This document shows positions 52,657-62,266 of a stretch of DNA of 64,000 bases, piece by piece. The translations under genes and the position numbers were made by a program. Under the pieces are notes generated by a model. That model saw only the letters and a program-made list of their open reading frames with translations. It did not search any database and was not told the DNA's origin. Positions within the stretch are counted from its first letter, which is position 1. Each line of letters begins with the position of its first letter. The DNA is from Sulfolobales archaeon (GTDB lineage Archaea; Thermoproteota; Thermoprotei_A; Sulfolobales; AG1): assembly GCA_038867615.1 (NCBI GenBank), contig JAWBYA010000001.1, forward strand, positions 320,001-384,000, in the 5' to 3' direction.

Positions 52657-54030
52657 TCACCCCCATGGGCAATCGATCCAGCCCATATATTCAGCGCACA
52701 TGCAACAAGCATAGACATGGCCTGCAAGGGTTATTATACATAGCGAGCAAGGTATTGCTATACAACCAAGGCACCACCAGATAGTAAATATAGTAGCGCA
52801 TGCAACCGCGCACACACCGCATGTGGCACATTGAGGCAGAGTAAAGTATGTTGTAAGTATGTTGGCTACGCATAAGAAGCAATCAAACGGGCTACCGCCG
52901 TCTGCTAGCATTGCGAAAGCCTTAAGTATTTTCCTGTCATATGTGCTGAGCTCTTTTTCCACTATTTTAGATAGGCGCTTGAGCTCGTTCTTCATAGTCT
53001 GATAGTTTTGTGCGAGGCTTTTGTCATAGTCTTTTTCATAGATTTTACTTAATTCCTTAGCTACTTCGCTTAAGGTTGCATATAGTTGGGATAAAGTGAT
53101 AGACGAATTAAACTTAACAAGCTCTAGCGATACGAGGTCAGATTTTCCTGCACGTATATAATTCAGGGTTGTGAAGGAGCTATTGTAAGTTTCTGAGTCT
53201 TGTTGGGTAAGTCTTGTCTGTAAGGTTAGGTTGTATTCTTTATGCTGTACTATATAGCTTAGGCTGTAGAACTGCATGGATGATTCTTCTGTAGTGATTT
53301 TTATGGAAACAAAGCTAGCTGTCCTGTTAACTTCGCTTGTAAATTCATTATAACTCCACAGCAGAGTTTGGATAATTGTTACTTTGTAGGTTGCATTATT
53401 TAACTCATATGTTATGATTGTTATCGTGGTGTTATTGTCTTGTTCTATCGTGGTAACTGTGAAATTTACTGAGGTGTTAGTGCTTTGACTCGTCTGGTTT
53501 TGGGCGCATGACTGACAACCACATGAAGCATAATCTGCCTGATATAATAGTAAGGGGTCTATTTGTAAAAGTATCTTTTCTCCTAGCATATCAACTGTAA
53601 CATAATGATAAGTTGTGTATATCGGGTAACCGGCTTTAATCCAAGCCATTATTCCGCCGAGCATGTTGTAAACTTTTGTAAAACCATGGCTGGCTAGAAT
53701 TTGGCTCGCAATCTGGCTTCTTGAATCATTCTTACTATAAACTATTATTGGATCGTTCTTATACTTTTGCAGCTCACCAATTCTGCTTTCAAGCTCGTAA
53801 ACTGGTATGAGAATGGCGCCATACAGATGCCCTAGTTTATACTCACTTTGGTTTCTAACATCTAAAATGAGGCTTACCTGCTTTTTCTTTATCATTTCGT
53901 AGGCTACATCAACAGTTATGTTCTTATAAGTTCCAGACTCTTCGGCAAAAGCCATAGGTGTCGCAATAAAGATAAGCAAAAGCACTACAGTAAGGCTAGC
54001 ATTAATCAACCTTAAGCTATATACCTTCAA
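52657..54030 (-). CDS. Secreted rhodanese-domain precursor with a C-terminal Cys-rich halocin C8-like peptide (putative archaeocin)
   Basis: Signal peptide (AFA|EE); rhodanese motifs LDVR...EY..GHL.GA and GGI.AW..AGYP; DGG followed by 78 aa with 14 Cys; GAGGAG SD before TTG. Confidence 0.7.
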   Translation of the reverse strand: MKVYSLRLINASLTVVLLLIFIATPMAFAEESGTYKNITVDVAYEMIKKKQVSLILDVRNQSEYKLGHLYGAILIPVYELESRIGELQKYKNDPIIVYSKNDSRSQIASQILASHGFTKVYNMLGGIMAWIKAGYPIYTTYHYVTVDMLGEKILLQIDPLLLYQADYASCGCQSCAQNQTSQSTNTSVNFTVTTIEQDNNTTITIITYELNNATYKVTIIQTLLWSYNEFTSEVNRTASFVSIKITTEESSMQFYSLSYIVQHKEYNLTLQTRLTQQDSETYNSSFTTLNYIRAGKSDLVSLELVKFNSSITLSQLYATLSEVAKELSKIYEKDYDKSLAQNYQTMKNELKRLSKIVEKELSTYDRKILKAFAMLADGGSPFDCFLCVANILTTYFTLPQCATCGVCAVACATIFTIWWCLGCIAIPCSLCIITLAGHVYACCMCAEYMGWIDCPWG

Positions 54031-54596
54031 GTTTATCTCCTCAATTAATTAAGTAGTTAATAAATATTTCAGGAAGTAACTATTATAAAGGCAATTAAAG
54101 ATCACAAAGAAAATAACTCTTAACACCTATGATACTTTTTAGTGATAGCAGTAAGCTTATCGCGATCAACGCGATCAAAACCTAAAGTTATTAAGTATGA
54201 AATATAACTCTTATTAATGTTGACGTAAGGATCGAAAATAGTAGATTTGTAGACATCATCATGGGGGAACTACTTAGGCGTAGTTTCTCTAACATTTGCT
54301 ATAACATATATATAGTGGCATATTCTATTCTGAGGCTGTGATTATGGTACAGATTGAGTATTTATGCCAGTATTGTTAAGCATCGCAGTAATCCTTAATC
54401 TTTAGAATATTTATATATATATTATCAGAATTGCTGTGTAATTTTGAGGATGATCGATGTTATTGCTGTAATATTTTTGATGGCATCCTTTATTTAGATT
54501 CTTTTTTATGTATAGCGATGGTAATGTATAATTTTGTATAGCTATAGTGGTTACACTGATATTTATTCTTAAACCTTGGAGTGGATATAATTATGG

Positions 54597-55148
54597 ATGG
54601 GTGTCTTGTTGCGGGAGTTTCTTATACTCAGCCGTGGGGGTCAGGGTGGTGTTATGGCTTCAAGGATCCTTGCCTCTGCAGCTGTTCTTGAGGGTCTATG
54701 GGCTCAGGCTATACCTGAGTTTGGGGCTGAGAGGAGGGGTGCTATTGTTAAATCCTATCTAAGGGTTTCGGATGCGCCGATAGCTAGGCATTCTAGTGTT
54801 AGGAGGCCTGAGGGTGTTGCTGTGTTTAGCTCCAAGATCCTGGAGCTCGTCGATATCTCGAAACTGGCTCCCGGGGGTGTTCCGGTGCTTGTTAATGCTG
54901 CTAAAAAGCCCGAGCTTGTTGATAGGGATGTCTATTATGTTGATGCTACATCGATAGCCCTGAAGCTTGGTCTTGTAATAGCTGGATGGCCTCTTGTTAA
55001 CACTGCTATGGCTTCTGCGATGGCCAGGGTTTTCGGGATAGCTGGTCTTGAGAGTGTTGTGAAGGCTTTGGGCGAGTATTTTAGGGGAAAGCTTCTTGAG
55101 GCTAATGTTGAGGCTGTGAGGATTGCCTGGGACTCTGTGATGAGGTGA
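54597..55148 (+). CDS. 2-oxoacid:ferredoxin oxidoreductase gamma subunit
   Basis: RGGQGG, FGAERRGA, VNTAM. Confidence 0.92.
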   Translation: MGVLLREFLILSRGGQGGVMASRILASAAVLEGLWAQAIPEFGAERRGAIVKSYLRVSDAPIARHSSVRRPEGVAVFSSKILELVDISKLAPGGVPVLVNAAKKPELVDRDVYYVDATSIALKLGLVIAGWPLVNTAMASAMARVFGIAGLESVVKALGEYFRGKLLEANVEAVRIAWDSVMR

Positions 55149-55468
55149 GCATCATGGGTATGGTTTACAAGCCCATAGATCCTGAGAAAGAGGGTATCGA
55201 GGATCTAGAGATCCTCTCGGAAAAGCTTCTCTCAAAACCGAGCCCCGGCTCTGCTGGAAAGACAGGTACGTGGAGGCTCTACAAGCCAAGGATACTTGTA
55301 GACAGGTGCATAAAGTGCGGTATATGCTGGCTCTACTGTCCTGAAGACACGATAGCGTGGTTCTATAGGGGGCTTCCAAGCATTAACTATGATTACTGCA
55401 AGGGCTGCGGTATATGTGCAAACGTATGCCCGGTTAACGCTATAGAGATGATCCTGGAGGGGGAGTAG
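55145..55468 (+). CDS. 2-oxoacid:ferredoxin oxidoreductase delta subunit (2x[4Fe-4S])
   Basis: TGTWR..KP, CIKCGICWLYCP, CKGCGICANVCP. Confidence 0.93.
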   Translation: MSIMGMVYKPIDPEKEGIEDLEILSEKLLSKPSPGSAGKTGTWRLYKPRILVDRCIKCGICWLYCPEDTIAWFYRGLPSINYDYCKGCGICANVCPVNAIEMILEGE

Positions 55469-55469
55469 C

Positions 55470-56663
55470 ATGGCACGTAGGGTTCTTATGGGAAACACAG
55501 CTGTGGCCGAGGCTGTTAGGCTCGCAGGGGTTCAGGTGGTTACAGCCTATCCCATAACCCCCCAGACGGTGATTGTTGAGAGAATAGCTGAGATGGTTGA
55601 GAGGGGGGAGCTGAAGGCTAGGTATATAAGGGTTGAGTCGGAGCACTCAGCTCTCGCGCTAGTCTATGGTGCTGCTGCTGGGGGTGCTAGGGCTTTCACC
55701 GCGACCTCGAGCCATGGGTTGCTATATATGTATGAGATGCTCTGGTGGGTTGCTGGTAGCAGGCTTCCCATAGTAATGACCGTGGTCACGAGATCCATCG
55801 GTCCTCCATGGGGTCTTCACAGCGATCACCATGATGCTCTCACCGTGAGGGATATAGGCTGGATCATAGGGTTTGCCTCAAGCGTCCAAGAAGCCTTTGA
55901 CATGACGTTGCAGGCCTTCAAAATAAGCGAGGATCGCAGAGTAATGCTCCCAGCCATGGTAGCCCTCGAGGGCTTCACGCTAAGCCATACAGCAGAGTCT
56001 GTGGAGATGCCTGACGAGAAGAGCGTATCCGAATGGCTACCCCCGAGAGAACCCTTACCATTCAAAATAGAGCCTGGAAAAGCCTTTGCTGTGGGTAACA
56101 CGGGTCCTGACGAGGTTACCATGGAGCTTAAATGGCTTGCCTGGAGGGCTATGGAGAGATCCAGGTTCGTGATCAGAGAAACAGATCTTGAGTATGCAAA
56201 GAGATTTGGGCTTAGAAGCTATGGGGGTCTTGTCGAGGATGTCTATGCAAAGGGCTCCGACTATGTGGTGGTTGCCATGGGGGCATGGTGTGGCGATTTG
56301 AAAGAAGCTGTTGAGAAGCTCAGGGGGGAGGGCTATAGGGTTGGTCTTCTGAGGATAAGGTATTTCAGACCATTCCCATGGGAGGAGCTCCGCGAGGTTT
56401 CTCAGAGTGCCAAGGCTGTCTTGGTTATCGATAGGGCTGTATCTATAGGGCATAGGGGGATCCTGGGGTTAGAGGTATCCTCAGCAATAGGGGATAGGGT
56501 TCCTGTTAAGAACGTTATAGCTGGTATTGGTGGTGTTGATACCGGCCCAGAGGATTTCTACAGCATTGTCAAGACATTCATAGAGGAGTACGAATCAGGC
56601 TCTATAGAGGGTTGGTCGATCCCTGAGTGGTATATGCCTTGGATGGGGGTGGTTAGCAAATGA
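55470..56663 (+). CDS. 2-oxoacid:ferredoxin oxidoreductase alpha subunit
   Basis: AYPITPQT, ESEHSA, TATSSHGL. Confidence 0.93.
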   Translation: MARRVLMGNTAVAEAVRLAGVQVVTAYPITPQTVIVERIAEMVERGELKARYIRVESEHSALALVYGAAAGGARAFTATSSHGLLYMYEMLWWVAGSRLPIVMTVVTRSIGPPWGLHSDHHDALTVRDIGWIIGFASSVQEAFDMTLQAFKISEDRRVMLPAMVALEGFTLSHTAESVEMPDEKSVSEWLPPREPLPFKIEPGKAFAVGNTGPDEVTMELKWLAWRAMERSRFVIRETDLEYAKRFGLRSYGGLVEDVYAKGSDYVVVAMGAWCGDLKEAVEKLRGEGYRVGLLRIRYFRPFPWEELREVSQSAKAVLVIDRAVSIGHRGILGLEVSSAIGDRVPVKNVIAGIGGVDTGPEDFYSIVKTFIEEYESGSIEGWSIPEWYMPWMGVVSK

Positions 56664-57565
56664 GTCTCCAGAGGCTCGCGTTATCCAGGATCAGGGGTAC
56701 GCTTCCTGGGAACCCAGCGTGTATGGGGTGTCCCCACAACATAGGCTTGAAGATCGTGGGGAGGGTTTTGGGCGAGAGAGCAGTGCTGGTGATACCTGCT
56801 GGGTGTTCGACAATAATATCGGGCTTCTGGCCTAGGGAGGGTTTCGACCTGCCTATCCTCCACGTACCCTTCGCATCAGCCCCTGCTGTGGCTGCGGGTC
56901 TCAGAGCGTCTCATGAGGCGTCTGGTGTTGATAGTATTGCTGTTGTATGGTCTGGTGATGGTGCTGCTGCTGATATAGGTTTTGCCACGCTGAGCGGTGC
57001 TGCAGTGAGGAATGACGATATACTTGTGATTGTGAGCGATAACGAGGCCTATATGAACACCGGGATCCAGGCTAGCGGGACGACGATGTGGAGGGCTCTG
57101 ACTACTACAACACCTGTTATGGGGAAGACTGAGGAGAGGAAGGATCTAGCTCTCTTAATGCTTATGCACAGAGTCCCCTATGTAGCTACAGCATCTATAG
57201 CGTATCCAAATGATTTTGCAGCGAAGCTTGAGAAGGCGGCTAGTATTAGAGGTTTCAGGTTTATACACCTACACTCACCATGTCCCCCTGGCTGGAGGTT
57301 TGATTCGGATAAGACTGTCTATGTCGCTAAACTAGCGATCGAGACGGGAGCCTGGATCTTGTGGGAGTACAGTGGGGGTAAGCTATCGATAAGCCCTGTG
57401 AGCAAACCCTATGCCGATAAGGCTAAGAGAAAACCTCTAGCAGAATACCTAAAACTCCAGGGTAGATTTGCACACCTAAGAGAGGAGGATATAAAAGCGA
57501 TAGAGGAGAAGATCGAGGCTAACTGGAGGCTCCTAAAAGAGCTAGAGAGAATATATAGCGGCTAG
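56660..57565 (+). CDS. 2-oxoacid:ferredoxin oxidoreductase beta subunit
   Basis: ACMGC, GDG, DNEAYMNTG.Q, SPCP.GW. Confidence 0.93.
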   Translation: MSLQRLALSRIRGTLPGNPACMGCPHNIGLKIVGRVLGERAVLVIPAGCSTIISGFWPREGFDLPILHVPFASAPAVAAGLRASHEASGVDSIAVVWSGDGAAADIGFATLSGAAVRNDDILVIVSDNEAYMNTGIQASGTTMWRALTTTTPVMGKTEERKDLALLMLMHRVPYVATASIAYPNDFAAKLEKAASIRGFRFIHLHSPCPPGWRFDSDKTVYVAKLAIETGAWILWEYSGGKLSISPVSKPYADKAKRKPLAEYLKLQGRFAHLREEDIKAIEEKIEANWRLLKELERIYSG

Positions 57566-57696
57566 GATCCTCGTAAGCAATTCTTTTTTTAGAGATCCGA
57601 TCCTTATAACCAGGTGGTGGGGAGCATTGGCTACACTACAATTTTTAAGCACTGCTGTGAATATGTTTTTACAGGGATCCGCCGAGGTGCTTCGGG

Positions 57697-58983
57697 ATTA
57701 GGGTGTATGTAGAGACCTATGGATGCACCCTCAACCAGGCTGACTCGATGATCATGAGAGGCTATTTAGAGGAGGCTGGTTTAGGCTTTACAGATTCCCC
57801 CGAGGATGCCGATGTTATTGTTATAAACACCTGTGTTGTTAGGAAGGATTCTGAAGAGAGGATGATCAAGAGGATCTCTGAGATTGAGACTCTATACTCA
57901 GGGTCTAAAAAGATCATTGTGGCTGGCTGTATGGTATCCTCGATGCCCGCCACAGTTAAGAAGATCGCTCCCAGCGCCTCTCTGATCACCCCTAGTAGTG
58001 TTGATAGAATCGTTGATGCTGTTACTTCGAGGGAGAGGGTTGAGTATCTCGGGGGCTTTAGGGCTGTTAATAGGATCCCTCTCCCCAGGGTGAGGGGTGT
58101 TATAGCCCCTATACCTATCTCTGAGGGTTGTTTGAGTGACTGCTCCTTCTGTATAACGAAGATCTCGAGGGGTGGTGTTAGGAGCTATCCCCCGAGGGTT
58201 ATAGTGGATACTGTGAGGGATCTTGTGTCTAGGGGTTATAAGGAGATAGAGCTTGCTTCACAGGATTCGGCTGTATATGGGTTTGATCTTGGGAAGAGAT
58301 TCCTGCTACCAGATCTTTTGAGGGAGATAGAGGAGAGGGTTGAGGGTGACTATATGCTTAGGGTTGGTATGATGAACCCCCAGTGGTTATGGAAGATCTT
58401 TGACGATCTCGTGGAGGCTATGAAGAGCCCCAGGATCTATAAATTCCTCCACATACCAGTCCAGAGCGGTGATAACAGGGTTCTGAGGATCATGAAGAGA
58501 GGTTATAGTGTTGAGGAGTTTGAGGAGATGGTTGAGGAGGTGAGGAGAAAGATACCAGAGATCACAATAGCAACAGACATAATAGTGGGGCACCCGGGAG
58601 AAGATGAAGAGGCGTTCAAAAACACACTGGATCTGTTAGAAAGGGTTAGGTTCGACAGAGTCCACATAGCACAGTACAGCGTAAGACCCCTAACCGAAGC
58701 TGCAGCAATGCCCCAGGTCCCGGAACATATAAAGAAGAGAAGATCCACAGAGGTTCAGAAGGTGCAGGAGAAAATAGGATTAGAGATCCATAGGCAATAT
58801 ATAGGGAGCAGGGCAAGGGTCCTGGTAACAGAGAAAGGATTTAGAGAGGGAACGGTTATAGCGAGGACTATAAGCTATAGACAAGTAGTAATAAAAGGCG
58901 ATATACCCCTGGGTAGCTCTATCGATGTAGATATAGAGGACGCCACCTTCTTTGACCTAAGAGCTAGGCTCGATAGCCGCTAG
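57697..58983 (+). CDS. tRNA t6A37 methylthiotransferase (archaeal MtaB/MiaB-like)
   Basis: YVETYGCTLN, INTC, GCLSDCSFC, TDIIVGHPGE, C-terminal TRAM; start proposed at ATT 57697. Confidence 0.9.
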   Translation: MRVYVETYGCTLNQADSMIMRGYLEEAGLGFTDSPEDADVIVINTCVVRKDSEERMIKRISEIETLYSGSKKIIVAGCMVSSMPATVKKIAPSASLITPSSVDRIVDAVTSRERVEYLGGFRAVNRIPLPRVRGVIAPIPISEGCLSDCSFCITKISRGGVRSYPPRVIVDTVRDLVSRGYKEIELASQDSAVYGFDLGKRFLLPDLLREIEERVEGDYMLRVGMMNPQWLWKIFDDLVEAMKSPRIYKFLHIPVQSGDNRVLRIMKRGYSVEEFEEMVEEVRRKIPEITIATDIIVGHPGEDEEAFKNTLDLLERVRFDRVHIAQYSVRPLTEAAAMPQVPEHIKKRRSTEVQKVQEKIGLEIHRQYIGSRARVLVTEKGFREGTVIARTISYRQVVIKGDIPLGSSIDVDIEDATFFDLRARLDSR

Positions 58984-59024
58984 AGATAAGGATATCTATA
59001 CTGATCTAGATGAATATAAGCGTA

Positions 59025-59915
59025 TCACTCGCCCCTGGATTTGAGGTTCTCGTATAGTTTTATAAGTGAGTGCGTCCCCTTCTCCCCATATCCTATCCTT
59101 ACTAGATCCTCGTAGAGCTTGTATGCTAGCTCTGTGGCTGGGAGTTTTGCGGATAGTTTTGATGCTGTTTTCAAAGCATATCCTAGATCTTTTTTGAGGT
59201 GGGCTGCTCTGAATCCTGGCTCTAGGTCTCCCTTCATTATCTTTGGCATGTAGTACTGGACTGTGAAGGAGTTTGCTGCACCGCTTGAGAGGATCTGGTA
59301 GAGCTTTTCCTCATCTATCCCGGCTTTTCTGGCTAGGGCCATGGCTTCAGCTAGGGCTACCATGTTTATTGCGACGACTATCTGGTTGAGTAGTTTCATA
59401 AGCTGTCCTGAGCCTACGTCGCCCACATATATTATCGTTCTACCCATGGCTCTCAATACTGGCTCGACCTTCTTGAAAACCTCATACTTACCCCCAACCA
59501 TTATTGTTAATGTCCCCTCCCTTGCACCCTTATCTCCCCCTGTTACTGGTGCGTCTAGGAACTCGACCCCGTATTTGGATAGCCTCTCAGCGAAGCTTCT
59601 AGCATATTCTGGGGAGTTTGTACCCATGTCTATGAATATAAGCCCTGGTCTGGCTCCCTCAACAACTCCTTCTCTTCCAAAGAGGATCTCCTCGACGTCT
59701 GGTGCATCTGTAACCATTGCTATAACAACATCGCTTCTCTCAGCAACCTCTCTAGGGCTGTTTGCTATATAGGCTCCCAGGCTTCTTAGGGGTTCAGCTC
59801 TAGATCTAGTCCTATTATAGGCTGTTAACTGGTAGCCCGCTTTAAGGATATTCATTGCCATGGGGAGCCCCATTATCCCTAGCCCTATAAACCCAACCCT
59901 CATCGAAGCACCCAC
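59025..59915 (-). CDS. NAD(P)-dependent beta-hydroxyacid dehydrogenase (3-hydroxyisobutyrate/tartronate semialdehyde reductase family)
   Basis: GFIGLGIMG.PMA.N, DAPVTGG, GSGQ..KL.NQ, KDL. Confidence 0.92.
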   Translation of the reverse strand: MGASMRVGFIGLGIMGLPMAMNILKAGYQLTAYNRTRSRAEPLRSLGAYIANSPREVAERSDVVIAMVTDAPDVEEILFGREGVVEGARPGLIFIDMGTNSPEYARSFAERLSKYGVEFLDAPVTGGDKGAREGTLTIMVGGKYEVFKKVEPVLRAMGRTIIYVGDVGSGQLMKLLNQIVVAINMVALAEAMALARKAGIDEEKLYQILSSGAANSFTVQYYMPKIMKGDLEPGFRAAHLKKDLGYALKTASKLSAKLPATELAYKLYEDLVRIGYGEKGTHSLIKLYENLKSRGE

Positions 59916-59943
59916 TATCTATATAGCTAGGATATATTTAGGA

Positions 59944-60699
59944 GTGCAAGTGACTAAGAATTGGGCGAAGGTGGCGGAGAGGCTTAAGGGCTATAGGTTT
60001 CTTAGATGTGGTTTGGGAGAGATAGCTGTTTCAGAGACTTTTAAATCGTTCCAGGGCGAGGGTCCTTCGGCTGGGAGGCCTGCTATTTTTCTAAGGCTTC
60101 AGGGGTGTAATCTCTCGTGTGCTTGGTGTGATACTATAGATATATGGGTTAAGGGGCATGTATATAGCTATGAGGATCTACTGGATCTCTGGGAGGGTAG
60201 GGGGTGGATAGATGATCTGCGTAATGATCACATGCTAGTTATAACCGGGGGAGAGCCTATGCTGAGGCAGAGAGAGATAGAGGGTCTCCTAAGGATCTTT
60301 GTTGAGAGATATAGATTCAAACCAAGGATAGAGGTTGAGACAAACGGAACCATACCTCCCTCACAAGAGATAGAGGGATATGTGGATCAGTTTAACGTGT
60401 CGCCAAAGCTGAGCAACTCGGGCATGCCGAGAGCCGTTAGGTTTAGGAGAGATGTTCTGAGAAGATTTGTGGAGACCGGGAAGGCTATCTTCAAATTCGT
60501 CGTGGTTGGGGAAGGGGATATTGAGGAGGTTATGGAGTATATAGACGCTATACCAATCCCTCCCGAGAGGGTCTATCTAATGCCGGAATCGAAGACAAGG
60601 GAGGAGTATGTGGATAGGCTGGGGATCGTTGAGGATCTGTGTAAAAAACATGGTTTCAAGCTATCGCCCCGCCTCCACCTCCTCTACGGCTGGAGATAA
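59944..60699 (+). CDS. queE: 7-carboxy-7-deazaguanine synthase
   Basis: SFQGEG...GRPAIFLRL.GCNLSCAWCDT, TGGEP, VETNG, VSPK, RLH; start uncertain. Confidence 0.9.
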   Translation: MQVTKNWAKVAERLKGYRFLRCGLGEIAVSETFKSFQGEGPSAGRPAIFLRLQGCNLSCAWCDTIDIWVKGHVYSYEDLLDLWEGRGWIDDLRNDHMLVITGGEPMLRQREIEGLLRIFVERYRFKPRIEVETNGTIPPSQEIEGYVDQFNVSPKLSNSGMPRAVRFRRDVLRRFVETGKAIFKFVVVGEGDIEEVMEYIDAIPIPPERVYLMPESKTREEYVDRLGIVEDLCKKHGFKLSPRLHLLYGWR

Positions 60700-60731
60700 A
60701 AACCTGCCTGGTTTTTCTTCGAGGAAAAGAT

Positions 60732-62090
60732 CTATGTGAGTGTTAGTAGGGATGATAGCTCCTCAACATCGCTTATAGCATCTATGCTCCATACCTTCTT
60801 AGCTATCTCTCTCACGCGATCCTCGTACCTAGCCCCGGCAAGTCTTAGGGCTTTGTTAAGAACCTCTTCTCTCGATAGCGGGTTCTTGTAATGCCCCTTG
60901 GGATATATAACTGTCTCCTCAAATGTCCTGCCATCCTTAGTCTTTATTCTGATCCTGTTGGGGACGGCTTCTGGGTATAGCTTGTCGAGCTCTTCGGAGA
61001 CTTTTATCTTCATCCTCTTCATTAGCTTCCTGACATCCTCTCCAAGGATCTTCTCCTCTGAGAAGCTATCAACCCACATATACCCGTCGAGGAGTGTTCT
61101 AGCCACTATATATGGCAGGCTGTGATCTGCTGTCTCCCTAGTCTTTGGATCCCATTTCTCAGGATCTTTCACTATTATTCTATAGGATACCGTGAATGTC
61201 TCAACCTCTATCTCCTCTATCTCCTCGGGGGATACGAGGGGTCTTAGCTTTAAGCAGGCCTCAACAGCAGACATGGCGTGGTACTCCACGGGCCAGTTCT
61301 TAATAAGGGTTCTCAGTATATTCTCCGAACCCCTCCCACCAAACTCGAGGCTGAAGGGCTGTTTAGAGATAACATTGAAGAACCCATATTCCCCTTCGAA
61401 TACTGGTGAGGGGCCTGTGACTCCTTCTGAGGCTAGAAGGGCTGCGAAAACCCCCTTCTTGGCTGAGTTAGCCGCTGTCATCCCCTTCCACATGCTGAGC
61501 TCTCCAGATCTTGTCTGTCTAAGCGATACAGACTCGTTGACAGCTAGATTCACAGCATGGTAGATCTTTTCAACAGGTAGACCCATAGCCTTGGAGGCTC
61601 CTGCAGCAGCACCTATAGCTATATAGGCTACATGATCAACACCAACGCCTCTGACAGAGAAGGCATCCCCAAGCCTTGTAGCAATCTCATAGGCGGCAAC
61701 AATACCAAGGATCAGCTCCTTCCCCCCACCACCAAGATCCTCGAGAACAGCTGCAACAGCAGGGATCATATCGCTGGGATGCATAGCCTCCTTAGAGAGA
61801 TAAGTATCGTTGAAATCGAGATACCTAACACCAACACCATTGGCAAAAGTAGCCATTTCAGGAGAGCTAGCAACACCTTCCCACCAAACACTAGAACCCC
61901 TAGATCTAGGTGCAACTCTCGAGGCAAGCCTCCTAGCAGCTCTATAGGGGAACGCGTCGAGAGCCCCGAGGGAGACCGCTATAGAATCGAGGATCCTCTT
62001 CTTAGCCTCCTCAACAGCCTCTCCAGAGAGATCCTTATAATCTATAGAACTAACATACTCAGCAATTCTCCACGCAAGATCTCTCGGCAT
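60732..62090 (-). CDS. MmgE/PrpD family protein (2-methylcitrate dehydratase-like)
   Basis: RYLDFNDT, HPSD, SMWKG, TRETADHSLPY, PKGH. Confidence 0.9.
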   Translation of the reverse strand: MPRDLAWRIAEYVSSIDYKDLSGEAVEEAKKRILDSIAVSLGALDAFPYRAARRLASRVAPRSRGSSVWWEGVASSPEMATFANGVGVRYLDFNDTYLSKEAMHPSDMIPAVAAVLEDLGGGGKELILGIVAAYEIATRLGDAFSVRGVGVDHVAYIAIGAAAGASKAMGLPVEKIYHAVNLAVNESVSLRQTRSGELSMWKGMTAANSAKKGVFAALLASEGVTGPSPVFEGEYGFFNVISKQPFSLEFGGRGSENILRTLIKNWPVEYHAMSAVEACLKLRPLVSPEEIEEIEVETFTVSYRIIVKDPEKWDPKTRETADHSLPYIVARTLLDGYMWVDSFSEEKILGEDVRKLMKRMKIKVSEELDKLYPEAVPNRIRIKTKDGRTFEETVIYPKGHYKNPLSREEVLNKALRLAGARYEDRVREIAKKVWSIDAISDVEELSSLLTLT

Positions 62091-62266
62091 GATAAAACCC
62101 CAAGAACTATTCGTTAATAGAAATAAAGCCTTTCAACAAAGCGAGAACCACACGCTATAGACGAGCTACCAGCTCATGTGATTCGATAAAATAGACGTGT
62201 TTCTAGAATATGCTAGGCTGTTTAAGGACGGTCGTGATCTAAAATAGACCTGAATCGCTATATTAT

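Larger units (their letters stand above)
51758..52679 (-). repeat. Degenerate tandem array of small membrane-gene units
   Basis: Recurring junction GGTGATCTTCAAGC(G)AATGAA-like at ~52455, 52219 and 51940; a 24-nt precursor-tail copy at 52418-52441 matches 52656-52679 at 20/24. Confidence 0.8.

Noticed and set aside
52476-52727. 83-aa ORF-track call overlapping the precursor's 3' end
   Set aside because: The SD position and paralog alignment put the start at 52649; the extension is incidental.
59944-60699. queE as a sign of a DNA 7-deazaguanine modification system
   Set aside because: No dpdA or other dpd genes adjacent; archaeosine precursor synthesis explains it.
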